Below are positions 50,800-59,430 of a stretch of 64,000 bases of DNA, in pieces. Position 1 is the stretch's first letter, and every line of letters starts with the position of its first letter. The notes beneath the pieces were generated by a model. The model was given only the letters and a program-made list of their open reading frames with translations. It was not told where the DNA came from and did not search any database. This stretch comes from Saprospiraceae bacterium (lineage in GTDB: Bacteria > Bacteroidota > Bacteroidia > Chitinophagales > Saprospiraceae): NCBI GenBank assembly GCA_020630475.1, contig JAHDBI010000001.1, forward strand, positions 182,973-246,972, read 5' to 3'. The position numbers and the translations under genes were made by a program.

Positions 50800-51870
50800 T
50801 TATTTTAATGCGTCTCTGTATATTTTTCTAATGACAATAAAACCTATTGAAATAAATAGGCCTAAAAACAATCCCATTATTGTTGTTTTTAAGATGTTAA
50901 ATCGACGTCGGTTTAATGGTGAAAAAGGTTTATCGATAATTTGTAAATAAGGGGTTTTATATTTTAAGGCAAAATCTGCCATCTCTAAACTTTCCATTGC
51001 TTTTGCTAATCCAGCATACATCAAAGTAACTTGTCGACTTAGTTGTTGACTTTTTATTTTATCCTCATTTCTAATAAGATTGTTTGAGCTATCAGTATAT
51101 CTAGCTAATCTCATTTCTGTATTATGGAGTTCTCTTTTTAAGGAATCAGTCCGAGCTTGAATTACATTATAATTTAATAATTCTCCTTCAATTGTTTTTT
51201 GGATATAAAAAGAATCCAATTGATGAAAAATATGTTCTGCTAATTTTATTGATAACTGTTCATTAATGCCTATAACCATTATTTCGAAGATTCCAGTAGA
51301 TTCATCATATTGAGATTTATATATGGCCTCTTCATTTTTGTTACCTAATAGTTTACCGTACAATGTTTTTAATGCAGAATTAGTTTTTCGATCAAAACGC
51401 TCTACATCATTAGATGTAAATTTAAATTTGTTTTTACCTAAATCACTTTCTTCCCAGGTTGTACCATGAAGGTCATAGAGCTCTATAATATGGTTAGCAA
51501 ATAAATCTTCTTTTTTATTCAAACTCACAGAATCCAATAATACTTTATGTAAGATGTTTTGACTTTCTGAAAGCTTGATTAATTTCTCAGCATTAAAGTC
51601 CCCGGTTTGACCTAAGCCAAAGCTTCCCATTAAACTAGAAAGTGAACCACCACCAGAAGCGTCCGATTGATGAAGCATATAGCTTAAAGTGGCAATGTAG
51701 GATCTTTCTTTTGTGTAGTTTTTATAAAAGATAAATAGCCATGCAAGGAGTAATATTAAAATTATTGTCTTCCACGACCTGAGAATCTCAAACCAAAATT
51801 CGTGAATTTTAAGGATTAAATCCTTTAATGATATTTCGTCCGAAAAGGTATCTTTTGAATCAGAATTCAT
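50800..51870 (-). CDS. wzz: Wzz-like polysaccharide co-polymerase / chain-length determinant, no kinase domain
   Basis: 356 aa. N-terminal TM 'WKTIILILLLAWLFIF', long helical middle, C-terminal TM 'IMGLFLGLFISIGFIVI'. No Walker A. Confidence 0.75.
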   Translation of the reverse strand: MNSDSKDTFSDEISLKDLILKIHEFWFEILRSWKTIILILLLAWLFIFYKNYTKERSYIATLSYMLHQSDASGGGSLSSLMGSFGLGQTGDFNAEKLIKLSESQNILHKVLLDSVSLNKKEDLFANHIIELYDLHGTTWEESDLGKNKFKFTSNDVERFDRKTNSALKTLYGKLLGNKNEEAIYKSQYDESTGIFEIMVIGINEQLSIKLAEHIFHQLDSFYIQKTIEGELLNYNVIQARTDSLKRELHNTEMRLARYTDSSNNLIRNEDKIKSQQLSRQVTLMYAGLAKAMESLEMADFALKYKTPYLQIIDKPFSPLNRRRFNILKTTIMGLFLGLFISIGFIVIRKIYRDALK

Positions 51871-51875
51871 AGTTC

Positions 51876-52775
51876 TTAACTTTCGTTAGAATAGGCGGAT
51901 GCTAAAGTTCTTAACTTATAACAGGTTAATAAACCTTCTTCAACATGTTTTATTAGGATTCCTTTATTAGTAAGAATATTAGAATAGCTTTTAGTATGTA
52001 AATCCTCGAATCCATGATTTAAATCTAGCTGAGTACCTCCAATTGTCAATTGTCTCGTAGGTTCTTTCTTTGAGTTTGGACTTTTTATGGAAAGGTACCA
52101 AGTGACATCAGCATGCTCCAAACTTAAAGTCCCTTCCATACTACTATTGTCCATTTTTAATAACTTGATTGCCTTAAGCTTACCGAATAGGTAATGTAGA
52201 AGATCAAACATATGAACACCGATATTTGTGCCCAACCCTCCAGATTTAGAAACATCAGCTTTCCAAGAATGATTGTACCATTGACCCCGATGCGATACAT
52301 ATATTAAATCAACTTTGTGTCGCTCAGAATTTGATAAATTGTTCTTCAAAGATAAAAGTTCCTCGTGCAAACGCAGTTGATAAATATTAAAAATTTGTTT
52401 CTTATGAACCTGTTCTGCCAACTTAAGCGCGTCAATATTCCATGGATTTAAGGCTAGGGGTTTTTCGCAAATTACATCTACTCCTAATCTAAGTCCAAAT
52501 CGACAATGAGCATCATGTAAATAATTAGGAGTACATACAACTAGATAATCTATACCTTCTCCGTTTCGCTTTAATTTTTCTAGAAATCTTTCAAATCTTT
52601 CGAATTCTACAAAAAACGCACAATCGGGAAAGTATTTATCTAAAATACCTACAGAGTCATGTTTGTCCATAGCCGCAACAAGTATATTACCTGTTTCACT
52701 TATGGCCTTCATATGCTTTGGTGCAACGTATCCAGCAGCACCGAGTAGCGCAAATCTTTTTCTACTTTTAGACAT
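51876..52775 (-). CDS. Gfo/Idh/MocA oxidoreductase, WbpB-like (UDP-GlcNAcA 3-dehydrogenase type)
   Basis: 299 aa. 'FALLGAAGYVAPKHMKAI'. Sits directly after WbpE/WbpD-like genes. Confidence 0.75.
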   Translation of the reverse strand: MSKSRKRFALLGAAGYVAPKHMKAISETGNILVAAMDKHDSVGILDKYFPDCAFFVEFERFERFLEKLKRNGEGIDYLVVCTPNYLHDAHCRFGLRLGVDVICEKPLALNPWNIDALKLAEQVHKKQIFNIYQLRLHEELLSLKNNLSNSERHKVDLIYVSHRGQWYNHSWKADVSKSGGLGTNIGVHMFDLLHYLFGKLKAIKLLKMDNSSMEGTLSLEHADVTWYLSIKSPNSKKEPTRQLTIGGTQLDLNHGFEDLHTKSYSNILTNKGILIKHVEEGLLTCYKLRTLASAYSNES

Positions 52776-53334
52776 TTAGTAATTGACCTAATTCTTCTTT
52801 ATATTTTAACGAACACCTTGAACAAGAGCTGATTTGATTTTTTAATTCTAATCTCTGCCCACATTTACAAACCCATCCTACCTGTTTAGATGGGTTTCCT
52901 ATTACTAAAGCATGGTTGTCAATATCTTTTGAAATTAGTGCACCTGCACCGATTAAAGCAAATTGACCAATGCGTACCCCACAAACAATAGTCGCATTTG
53001 CTCCAACAGTAGCGCCTTTAGAAATTATTGTTTTTAGAAACTCATTTTTTCTTTCAATAAAAGCCCTTGGTGTTTTGACATTTGTAAATACAACTGATGG
53101 ACCGATAAATACTTCATCTTCACAAACTACTCCTTCATACAGAGATACGTTGTTTTGAATTTTGACACCATCTCCAATTTTGACATTTTTCCCCACAAAA
53201 ACATTTTGACCGATAACGCAGTTTTTACCAATTCGTGCCTCTGACATTACATGAGAAAAATGCCAAACCTTAGTTCCGTTGCCTATTTCGACATTCGAAT
53301 CAATAACTGCGGTTTTATCTGCAAAAAAAGTCAT
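52768..53334 (-). CDS. Hexapeptide N-acetyltransferase, WbpD/WlbB-like, with C-terminal Cys4 tail
   Basis: LbH repeats 'IGKNCVIGQNVFVGKNVKIGDGVKIQNNVSL'. Tail 'CKCGQRL...CSRC'. The tracked TTG start at 53361 overlaps the upstream gene by 23 nt, so I prefer ATG 53334 ('MTFFADKTAVID'). Confidence 0.8.
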   Translation of the reverse strand: MTFFADKTAVIDSNVEIGNGTKVWHFSHVMSEARIGKNCVIGQNVFVGKNVKIGDGVKIQNNVSLYEGVVCEDEVFIGPSVVFTNVKTPRAFIERKNEFLKTIISKGATVGANATIVCGVRIGQFALIGAGALISKDIDNHALVIGNPSKQVGWVCKCGQRLELKNQISSCSRCSLKYKEELGQLLNV

Positions 53335-53338
53335 TTTA

Positions 53339-54469
53339 TTAGCCCTTAAAAAACGCTTCAAGTTTGTTTACAATGAAGGATTGTTGTTCTTGTGTCAATT
53401 CACTGTGCATGGGTAATGAGATTACTTGGTCACATAAGATCTTAGTGTTTGGTAAACTAAAATCTTCGCTTACGTATGAACTAAAAGCTTTTTGTTTATA
53501 TAACGCGACAGGGTAATATATCATTGAAGGAATACCACATTCGTCTAAATATTCTTTTAATTGATTTCGTCGACCATCTTTTACTTTTAAAGTGTATTGA
53601 TGGAAAACATGATTAGAGTCATCACTCCTATATGGCAGTTCTATTTGATCAATTTTTGATAGATGGGCGTCGTAAAATTCAGCTGCTTTCTTTCTGTTCA
53701 AATTAAATTCATCTAAATGTTTAAGCTTTACTGACAGAATTGCTGCTTGAATACTATCTAGTCGCGAATTACATCCAAGGACATCATGATAGTATCGTGA
53801 GACTTGTCCATGGTTAGCAATCATTCGAATCTTCCTAGCTAATTCATCATCATTTGTAAAGATTGCCCCAGCGTCTCCATAAGCTCCAAGGTTTTTAGAT
53901 GGGTAAAAAGAAGTACATCCTATATCTCCAACAGTACCACTTTTTTTACTTGAACCATCTTTGAAATAGCAATCAGCCCCAATTGCTTGAGCATTATCTT
54001 CGATTACATATAGATTATGTTCCTTTGCAAATTCACAGATCTCTTCCATATTGGCCGTTTGTCCAAAGAGATGAACTGGAATGATTGCTTTTGTTTTACT
54101 AGTAATATGTGGCTGTATGTCCTCGATTCGAACATTAAAAGTAGATAAATCTACGTCTACCATTATTGGCCTTAAGCCTAAAAGTCCGACTACTTCTGCT
54201 GTTGCTGCGTAAGTAAAGGCAGGAACGATGATTTCATCCCCTACTTTCAAATCTAATGCCATTACTGCGATTTGAAGGGCATCTGTACCATTTGCTACAG
54301 GAATAACATGCTTTACACTTAAGTATTCTTCAAGATTGGATTGAAGTTCCTTTACTTTTGGCCCATTAATAAAAGCACAAGAATCTATAACTTCCATAAT
54401 TCCCGCGTCGACCTCATCTTTAATTTTTAAATATTGAGATCGAACATCAACCATCTGAATTTTCTTCAT
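53339..54469 (-). CDS. DegT-family aminotransferase, WbpE-like
   Basis: 376 aa. 'VDVRSQYLKIKDEVD'. PLP lysine 'FYPSKNLGAYGDAGA'. Confidence 0.9.
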   Translation of the reverse strand: MKKIQMVDVRSQYLKIKDEVDAGIMEVIDSCAFINGPKVKELQSNLEEYLSVKHVIPVANGTDALQIAVMALDLKVGDEIIVPAFTYAATAEVVGLLGLRPIMVDVDLSTFNVRIEDIQPHITSKTKAIIPVHLFGQTANMEEICEFAKEHNLYVIEDNAQAIGADCYFKDGSSKKSGTVGDIGCTSFYPSKNLGAYGDAGAIFTNDDELARKIRMIANHGQVSRYYHDVLGCNSRLDSIQAAILSVKLKHLDEFNLNRKKAAEFYDAHLSKIDQIELPYRSDDSNHVFHQYTLKVKDGRRNQLKEYLDECGIPSMIYYPVALYKQKAFSSYVSEDFSLPNTKILCDQVISLPMHSELTQEQQSFIVNKLEAFFKG

Positions 54470-54481
54470 TGTTTTCAGCTT

Positions 54482-55534
54482 TTATCCGTACTGCTTTTGA
54501 TAGTATGTTTTATAAGATCCAGAGGTAATATTTTCTAACCACTCTGCCTGATCTAAATACCAATCAACAGTTAATTTTATTCCCTCCTCAAATTGATATT
54601 GGGGAGACCAACCTAAATCATTTTTTATTTTATTTGCATCAATCGCGTATCTAAGGTCATGGCCGGCCCGATCTTTAACAAAGGTTATAAGCTTTTCACT
54701 TTCTCCTACATTTCGATCCAACTTTTCGTCAATAGTTCGACAAAGAATTTTTACTAATTCTAAGTTTGACCATTCATTATCGCCTCCAATGTTATAAGTT
54801 TCACCCTTTTCACCGTTTTCTAGAATGGTAATAATTGCATTTGCATGGTCGCCTACGTATAACCAATCTCTAATATTTTCACCTTTTCCATAAATGGGAA
54901 GAGGTTTGTTGTTTAGAATGTTATTTATACATAATGGAATTAGTTTTTCAGGAAACTGAAAAGGGCCATAATTGTTTGAACAATTACTAATAACCACGGG
55001 TAGTCCAAAAGTATGATAATACGATCTTACTAAGTGATCAGATCCAGCTTTGGAAGCCGAGTAAGGACTTCTTGGGTCATACGGTGTAGTTTCAGAAAAC
55101 AAGTCTGTTCCAAAATCTAACGAGCCGTATACTTCATCAGTAGAAATATGATAAAATAATTTATTTTCGAAATCACCATTCCAATGCGTTTTCGCAACAT
55201 TTAAAAGATTAGCAGTACCGATTAAATTTGTTTTTACAAATAACAATGGTTCAAGAATAGAACGGTCAACGTGACTTTCCGCCGCAAGATGAATTACTTT
55301 TGCAATATTATGCTCAGAGAATACTTTCTTCAGAAGCTCCTCATCACAAATGTCACCTTTGACAAAACTGTAATTTTCCTGATGCTCTACACTTTTTAGA
55401 TTCTCTAAATTTCCTGCATAGGTTAATTTATCAAAATTAACAACATGCTTTGATGGGTCATTAACTAGTTGTCTAATGACCTCGGATCCTATAAATCCTG
55501 CACCACCAGTTACCAGAATATTTTGTTTGTTCAT
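54482..55534 (-). CDS. rfbB: dTDP-glucose 4,6-dehydratase
   Basis: 350 aa. 'ILVTGGAGFIGSEVIRQL', 'STDEVYG', 'SPYSASKAGSDHLV'. Confidence 0.95.
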   Translation of the reverse strand: MNKQNILVTGGAGFIGSEVIRQLVNDPSKHVVNFDKLTYAGNLENLKSVEHQENYSFVKGDICDEELLKKVFSEHNIAKVIHLAAESHVDRSILEPLLFVKTNLIGTANLLNVAKTHWNGDFENKLFYHISTDEVYGSLDFGTDLFSETTPYDPRSPYSASKAGSDHLVRSYYHTFGLPVVISNCSNNYGPFQFPEKLIPLCINNILNNKPLPIYGKGENIRDWLYVGDHANAIITILENGEKGETYNIGGDNEWSNLELVKILCRTIDEKLDRNVGESEKLITFVKDRAGHDLRYAIDANKIKNDLGWSPQYQFEEGIKLTVDWYLDQAEWLENITSGSYKTYYQKQYG

Positions 55535-55608
55535 CGTAAAGTTTATATGGCTCCGCCGTCAATAAGTCGGAACAACTTATCGCCTAAAGAAATCTATATT
55601 TAATTGGC

Positions 55609-56163
55609 TTACGCCAATTGTTTTGTCACAAGGGGTCTTAAAAAGACCTTATTTAATTCGATTCTTAGTTGAAGACCTAATGAAGGTATTTCAACAATGA
55701 ATTCATTTTTATTCTTTTTCTCTATCAATTTTCCAGTCAAACCGGTCAAATTTCCATGAACAATTTCAACGGGTTGTCCTACATCAAAATTTCTTTCTTC
55801 TACAAACACGTCTTGGAATTCACCTACTACATGTTTCAGTAAATTCATTTCTTCTTGAGGAATACAGATTAGGGAGTTTCCAATTTTCAGAAAACTATAG
55901 ACGTGCAAGGTTTTTAAAACAGACACATACTCGGATTCTAAAATCCTAACAAAAACAAAGGAATGAATAATTGGCTTTGAAACGATTTTGCGTTTGTGTG
56001 TATATTCTTTAACTGTTTCAAGAATGGGTACGTAGGCATCTATTCCTTGTCTAATTAGTCTTTCACAAACTAACTTTTCACATTTATATTTTACTTTAAC
56101 CGCAAACCATCTTTTCTCAGAGATAGAAAGTCCAAGGGAAGAATTTAACTCATCACAGCTCAT
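55609..56163 (-). CDS. UpxY-family (NusG-like) transcription antiterminator
   Basis: 184 aa. NGN-like 'RWFAVKVKYKCEKLVCERLIRQGIDAYVP'. KOW 'GQPVEIVHGNLTGLTGKLIE'. Start overlaps the upstream stop (ATGA). Confidence 0.85.
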   Translation of the reverse strand: MSCDELNSSLGLSISEKRWFAVKVKYKCEKLVCERLIRQGIDAYVPILETVKEYTHKRKIVSKPIIHSFVFVRILESEYVSVLKTLHVYSFLKIGNSLICIPQEEMNLLKHVVGEFQDVFVEERNFDVGQPVEIVHGNLTGLTGKLIEKKNKNEFIVEIPSLGLQLRIELNKVFLRPLVTKQLA

Positions 56164-56699
56164 TTATCATCGTTTTTCCAGAGTAGTAAATTCTTTCCAT
56201 CAGTAGAATCTAGATATGATTCTGCTTCTGAAGATGATTTATAATGAAGGTATCTTAATTTTCTTTTGATTAATTTTTCAACCTTAGCAACTAATTCAAT
56301 GAGATAGTTTTTGTCAATATCTCCAACAAAGATTAGATCAATGATTGGGCTATCTTTTCCAAGAGCAAAGTCTCCTGTGATATATACTTTTTTAACACTA
56401 CCTAGTCTTTTGATTACATTCTCTATAATCTGATCGAAGCCTAAATATTTTAAAACAATACTATTGACTTCAGCATAAAGAGGATGGGCGGTATTCGCTT
56501 TAAAAAACTTCTTATTTCCAACAAAATGAGTTTTAAGCATTCCTGCTTTTTCAAAACGATTAAGCTCTATACGAATTGAATTAGTTGATTCACCAAACTC
56601 ACTTTCTAAACCGCGGAGATATGCAGAGGCATTGCTATTTAAAAAGAACTTTAAAAGCAATTTAATCCTTGTTTTACTTGAAATCAGCGTTTCTATCAT
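56160..56699 (-). CDS. Winged-helix (ArsR-like) regulator with a nucleotidyltransferase-like C-terminal half
   Basis: 179 aa. 'YLRGLESEFGESTNSIRIELNRFEKAGML'. C-terminal 'VYITGDFALGKDSPIIDLIFVGD'. Confidence 0.65.
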   Translation of the reverse strand: MIETLISSKTRIKLLLKFFLNSNASAYLRGLESEFGESTNSIRIELNRFEKAGMLKTHFVGNKKFFKANTAHPLYAEVNSIVLKYLGFDQIIENVIKRLGSVKKVYITGDFALGKDSPIIDLIFVGDIDKNYLIELVAKVEKLIKRKLRYLHYKSSSEAESYLDSTDGKNLLLWKNDDK

Positions 56700-56700
56700 A

Positions 56701-56723
56701 ATTGAGTAGCAAAATTACTCAAT
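56701..56723. promoter_or_regulatory. Perfect 8-bp inverted repeat (ATTGAGTA-N7-TACTCAAT) covering the translation-initiation region of the wHTH regulator gene
   Basis: Read directly: arms at 56701-56708 and 56716-56723. It ends 1 nt before the ATG at 56699 (one unpaired base, 56700) and lies 9 nt after the wza stop. Operator or RNA-hairpin role is inferred only. Confidence 0.3.
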
Positions 56724-56732
56724 ATTGTTTAC

Positions 56733-59420
56733 CTAGTCAATTCTTTGAACTAAAATTATTAGAGATAAAATGGCGGTTGTTTGAGCAATAGAATCTGAAA
56801 TCAGTTTCCCCCAATCTGTAGATTCTCTTTCAGAATGTTCCTTTACAGGCTTTTCTTCTTTGGCTCCAATTCTAATCGTCGAGCCAGGTTTAATTTCTGG
56901 ATAGCTTCTCCAAAAAAGAAATCTTCTAGATGATTTTACTTCTCCAGTAGCATATGTAACCGTGATTTTGCCTTTATCTCCATTTTCTGCAATACCTCCA
57001 GCATAATCTCGAATGTATGAAGTTGCACTTTTATTTTTTTCAAAGGCTACATTTATTTTACCTTGCTTTACAATATCAGAATTATATAATTCATTTATTC
57101 TTGTAGCTCCTTCTATCGTTACAAGATCATTGGATTTCGGGATATTTATTATATCCCCATCCTTCAAAATAACATTAAAAGATGATTCATTATTTTTTAA
57201 TGCTTTTTCTAGATTAATAATAACATAACCAGCGTCATCCATATTTCTATAAAGCGTTACGCCCTGAGAAAATGCTTCGTCAGTCAAACCACCTGCTCTA
57301 CGTAAAATGTTCACAATTTTTTCATTGTCTTGAATAAGTGCATAAGAACCTGCAAACTGTACTTCCCCTTGAATTGTCACCACTTTTTGAAATTCAAACT
57401 CAGGTGCAGTTCTCACAAACACCTGATCATAAGGATTTAGAGTAAATTCTTCTTCACCAAATAATTCAAAGTTTTTATCAATTTGAACAGATGCAGCCAG
57501 CGTTTTGCTTTTTTTCTTATCATCAAAATCTAGTCTATATACATCAATTCGATATGGTGCAGATTCTAATTTTAAACCACCTGATAGGGTAAGAAGATCT
57601 TTAAGTCTTAATGATTCGTCATATTTGAATTGCCCTGGATTTCTCACAGCACCACCAATAGTTACAAAAGAATCATCTAAAAAGTCCGTTTTAGAATAGA
57701 TTTGAAGAATATCTTTATTTTCCATTTTTGGCAGATTGTTCTTATCATTTAAGTCGACACGGATATATTCTAGCTTCCCTACCTCATTGTACCTTTTAAT
57801 GTATGCAAACTCTGTAGCTTCATCTTTTAAGCCACCGGCTAAGTAGATAGCTTGATCTACAGTTATAGATCCATTAGAGTCCATGGAAAATGAATTTGGT
57901 TCTCTAACCTCTCCTTCTACAGAAAAACTTTCGGCATCTGTATATCTGGATTTCTTATATATAATTAATTCATCTTCGGGAAAGAGAATTAAGTTGTCAA
58001 TGTCGTTAATGTTAGCTTTTACATTGTCAAGGTTTACAAAAAAATACCGAAATTTTTCGAGGTTGTCCTCTTTACGCTTAACATAGGCAAGTGAAGACAG
58101 GGCATTTCGATCAAGCTTAACCTTTTTTAAGATATCAGAAATTTTAGTATTACTACTTATCGAATATCTTCCAGGAATATCTACAGCTCCGGTGATTGTG
58201 ATAAAATTGTGGTAAGCATTCGGAATTGACTCTACTTTTATAATATCTCCATCGTATAGTGTGTACGATTTTGACGAATTAAGTAATGACTGTAAATTGA
58301 TATCTTCAATTAATTCTTCATCGTTAAGAAATCTTTTTATCTGTACATTTCGTTTTATAGCATTACTTTTTAATCCACCAGCAAAATCAATTAACTTTTT
58401 TAAATGTTCTCCGTCTCTTAATTCGTAGTAAAATGGTCTTTTGACTGCTCCACTTATCTCAACGAGCTTGCCACTTACCGGAACGTTAATAATATCATTC
58501 TCCATTAAGTATAAATCAGTTGAGAATTCTGGGTTTAACAAATATTCATAGATATCTATAATTCTAACTTGTTCCCCAGGTCGTATTAGCTGAATGTTTC
58601 TTACTGACCCAATATTAGTTGGACCACCAGCGGTGATCAAAGCATTAAAAATATTGTTTAAACCAGATAGATTGAAGCTCCCATAATTTTCGACTTCCCC
58701 AACTATATTTACATTAATTGTTCTTGCCTTAGAAATAGTTACATCAAATTCTCCTTTTCTGAATACGTAATATTCTCTATAAATTTTTGCTAATTTTTCT
58801 TTAGCTACCTCAAGGGATAATCCTTTAAGGAATATCCTTGTAGAATTACTTAAAGCGATAGAACCATCAGATTTAATTTCGTGCGATTCGTTTAGTTGAG
58901 AACGTCCCCAAATGGAAACAGAAATAATATCTCCTGTACCTAAAGTATAACTTTTCGGAACGTTTATTTCACTGCTCTTCTCGAAAAAACTAGCATCCTT
59001 AGACTTAAAAATATGTTGACCAAAAATTTTGGATTTTTGTGCATTATCCTGTTGTTCATCATCTACAACATCCACTTTTACTTCAACCGTTTCAGCACCA
59101 TTTGCAACATCCTCTACTTGAGGAGTTAAGGGAAGTGTATCTAAAGGTTCTATACTCGCTTTCCTTTCAGCGTCTATTTCTGCTAGAACCTCATTAAAAG
59201 CTTTTTCAGCCGCAATGACTTCTTCTGGATTATTTGGGTTGACTTGGTCTAAATCGATCCCTTTTAATAAAAGCCTTCGCTTTACCTCAACTTCTTCTAT
59301 GCCTCGTTCTTTTATTTCGTCTATTGCTTTTTGTTCTTCTGAGATTTGTCCAATTGTAATAGCTTGAAAACAAAAGAGCATGACAGATGTCAGAATTATA
59401 AGTCGAAAAATATTTCTCAT
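56733..59420 (-). CDS. wza: Wza-type outer-membrane polysaccharide export protein with multiple SLBB domains
   Basis: ATG 59420 gives signal peptide 'MRNIFRLIILTSVMLFCFQAITIG'. The tracked GTG at 59486 would overlap metH. Poly_export-like 'YTLGTGDIISVSIWG'. At least 6 SLBB-like repeats ('GEVENYGSF', 'GAVKRPFYYEL', 'GAVDIPGRYSI', 'GEVREPNSF', 'GAVRNPGQFKY', 'GEVQFAGSYAL'). C-terminal hydrophobic helix. Confidence 0.85.
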   Translation of the reverse strand: MRNIFRLIILTSVMLFCFQAITIGQISEEQKAIDEIKERGIEEVEVKRRLLLKGIDLDQVNPNNPEEVIAAEKAFNEVLAEIDAERKASIEPLDTLPLTPQVEDVANGAETVEVKVDVVDDEQQDNAQKSKIFGQHIFKSKDASFFEKSSEINVPKSYTLGTGDIISVSIWGRSQLNESHEIKSDGSIALSNSTRIFLKGLSLEVAKEKLAKIYREYYVFRKGEFDVTISKARTINVNIVGEVENYGSFNLSGLNNIFNALITAGGPTNIGSVRNIQLIRPGEQVRIIDIYEYLLNPEFSTDLYLMENDIINVPVSGKLVEISGAVKRPFYYELRDGEHLKKLIDFAGGLKSNAIKRNVQIKRFLNDEELIEDINLQSLLNSSKSYTLYDGDIIKVESIPNAYHNFITITGAVDIPGRYSISSNTKISDILKKVKLDRNALSSLAYVKRKEDNLEKFRYFFVNLDNVKANINDIDNLILFPEDELIIYKKSRYTDAESFSVEGEVREPNSFSMDSNGSITVDQAIYLAGGLKDEATEFAYIKRYNEVGKLEYIRVDLNDKNNLPKMENKDILQIYSKTDFLDDSFVTIGGAVRNPGQFKYDESLRLKDLLTLSGGLKLESAPYRIDVYRLDFDDKKKSKTLAASVQIDKNFELFGEEEFTLNPYDQVFVRTAPEFEFQKVVTIQGEVQFAGSYALIQDNEKIVNILRRAGGLTDEAFSQGVTLYRNMDDAGYVIINLEKALKNNESSFNVILKDGDIINIPKSNDLVTIEGATRINELYNSDIVKQGKINVAFEKNKSATSYIRDYAGGIAENGDKGKITVTYATGEVKSSRRFLFWRSYPEIKPGSTIRIGAKEEKPVKEHSERESTDWGKLISDSIAQTTAILSLIILVQRID

Positions 59421-59430
59421 TTTAAAAAAA

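Noticed and set aside
55535-55608. Possible terminator or antitermination target in the 74-bp upxY-rfbB spacer (inverted repeat ATAAGT-N7-ACTTAT at 55562-55580)
   Set aside because: The 6-bp AT-rich stem has no U-run and is too weak to call a terminator. No conserved motif could be recognised without comparative data.
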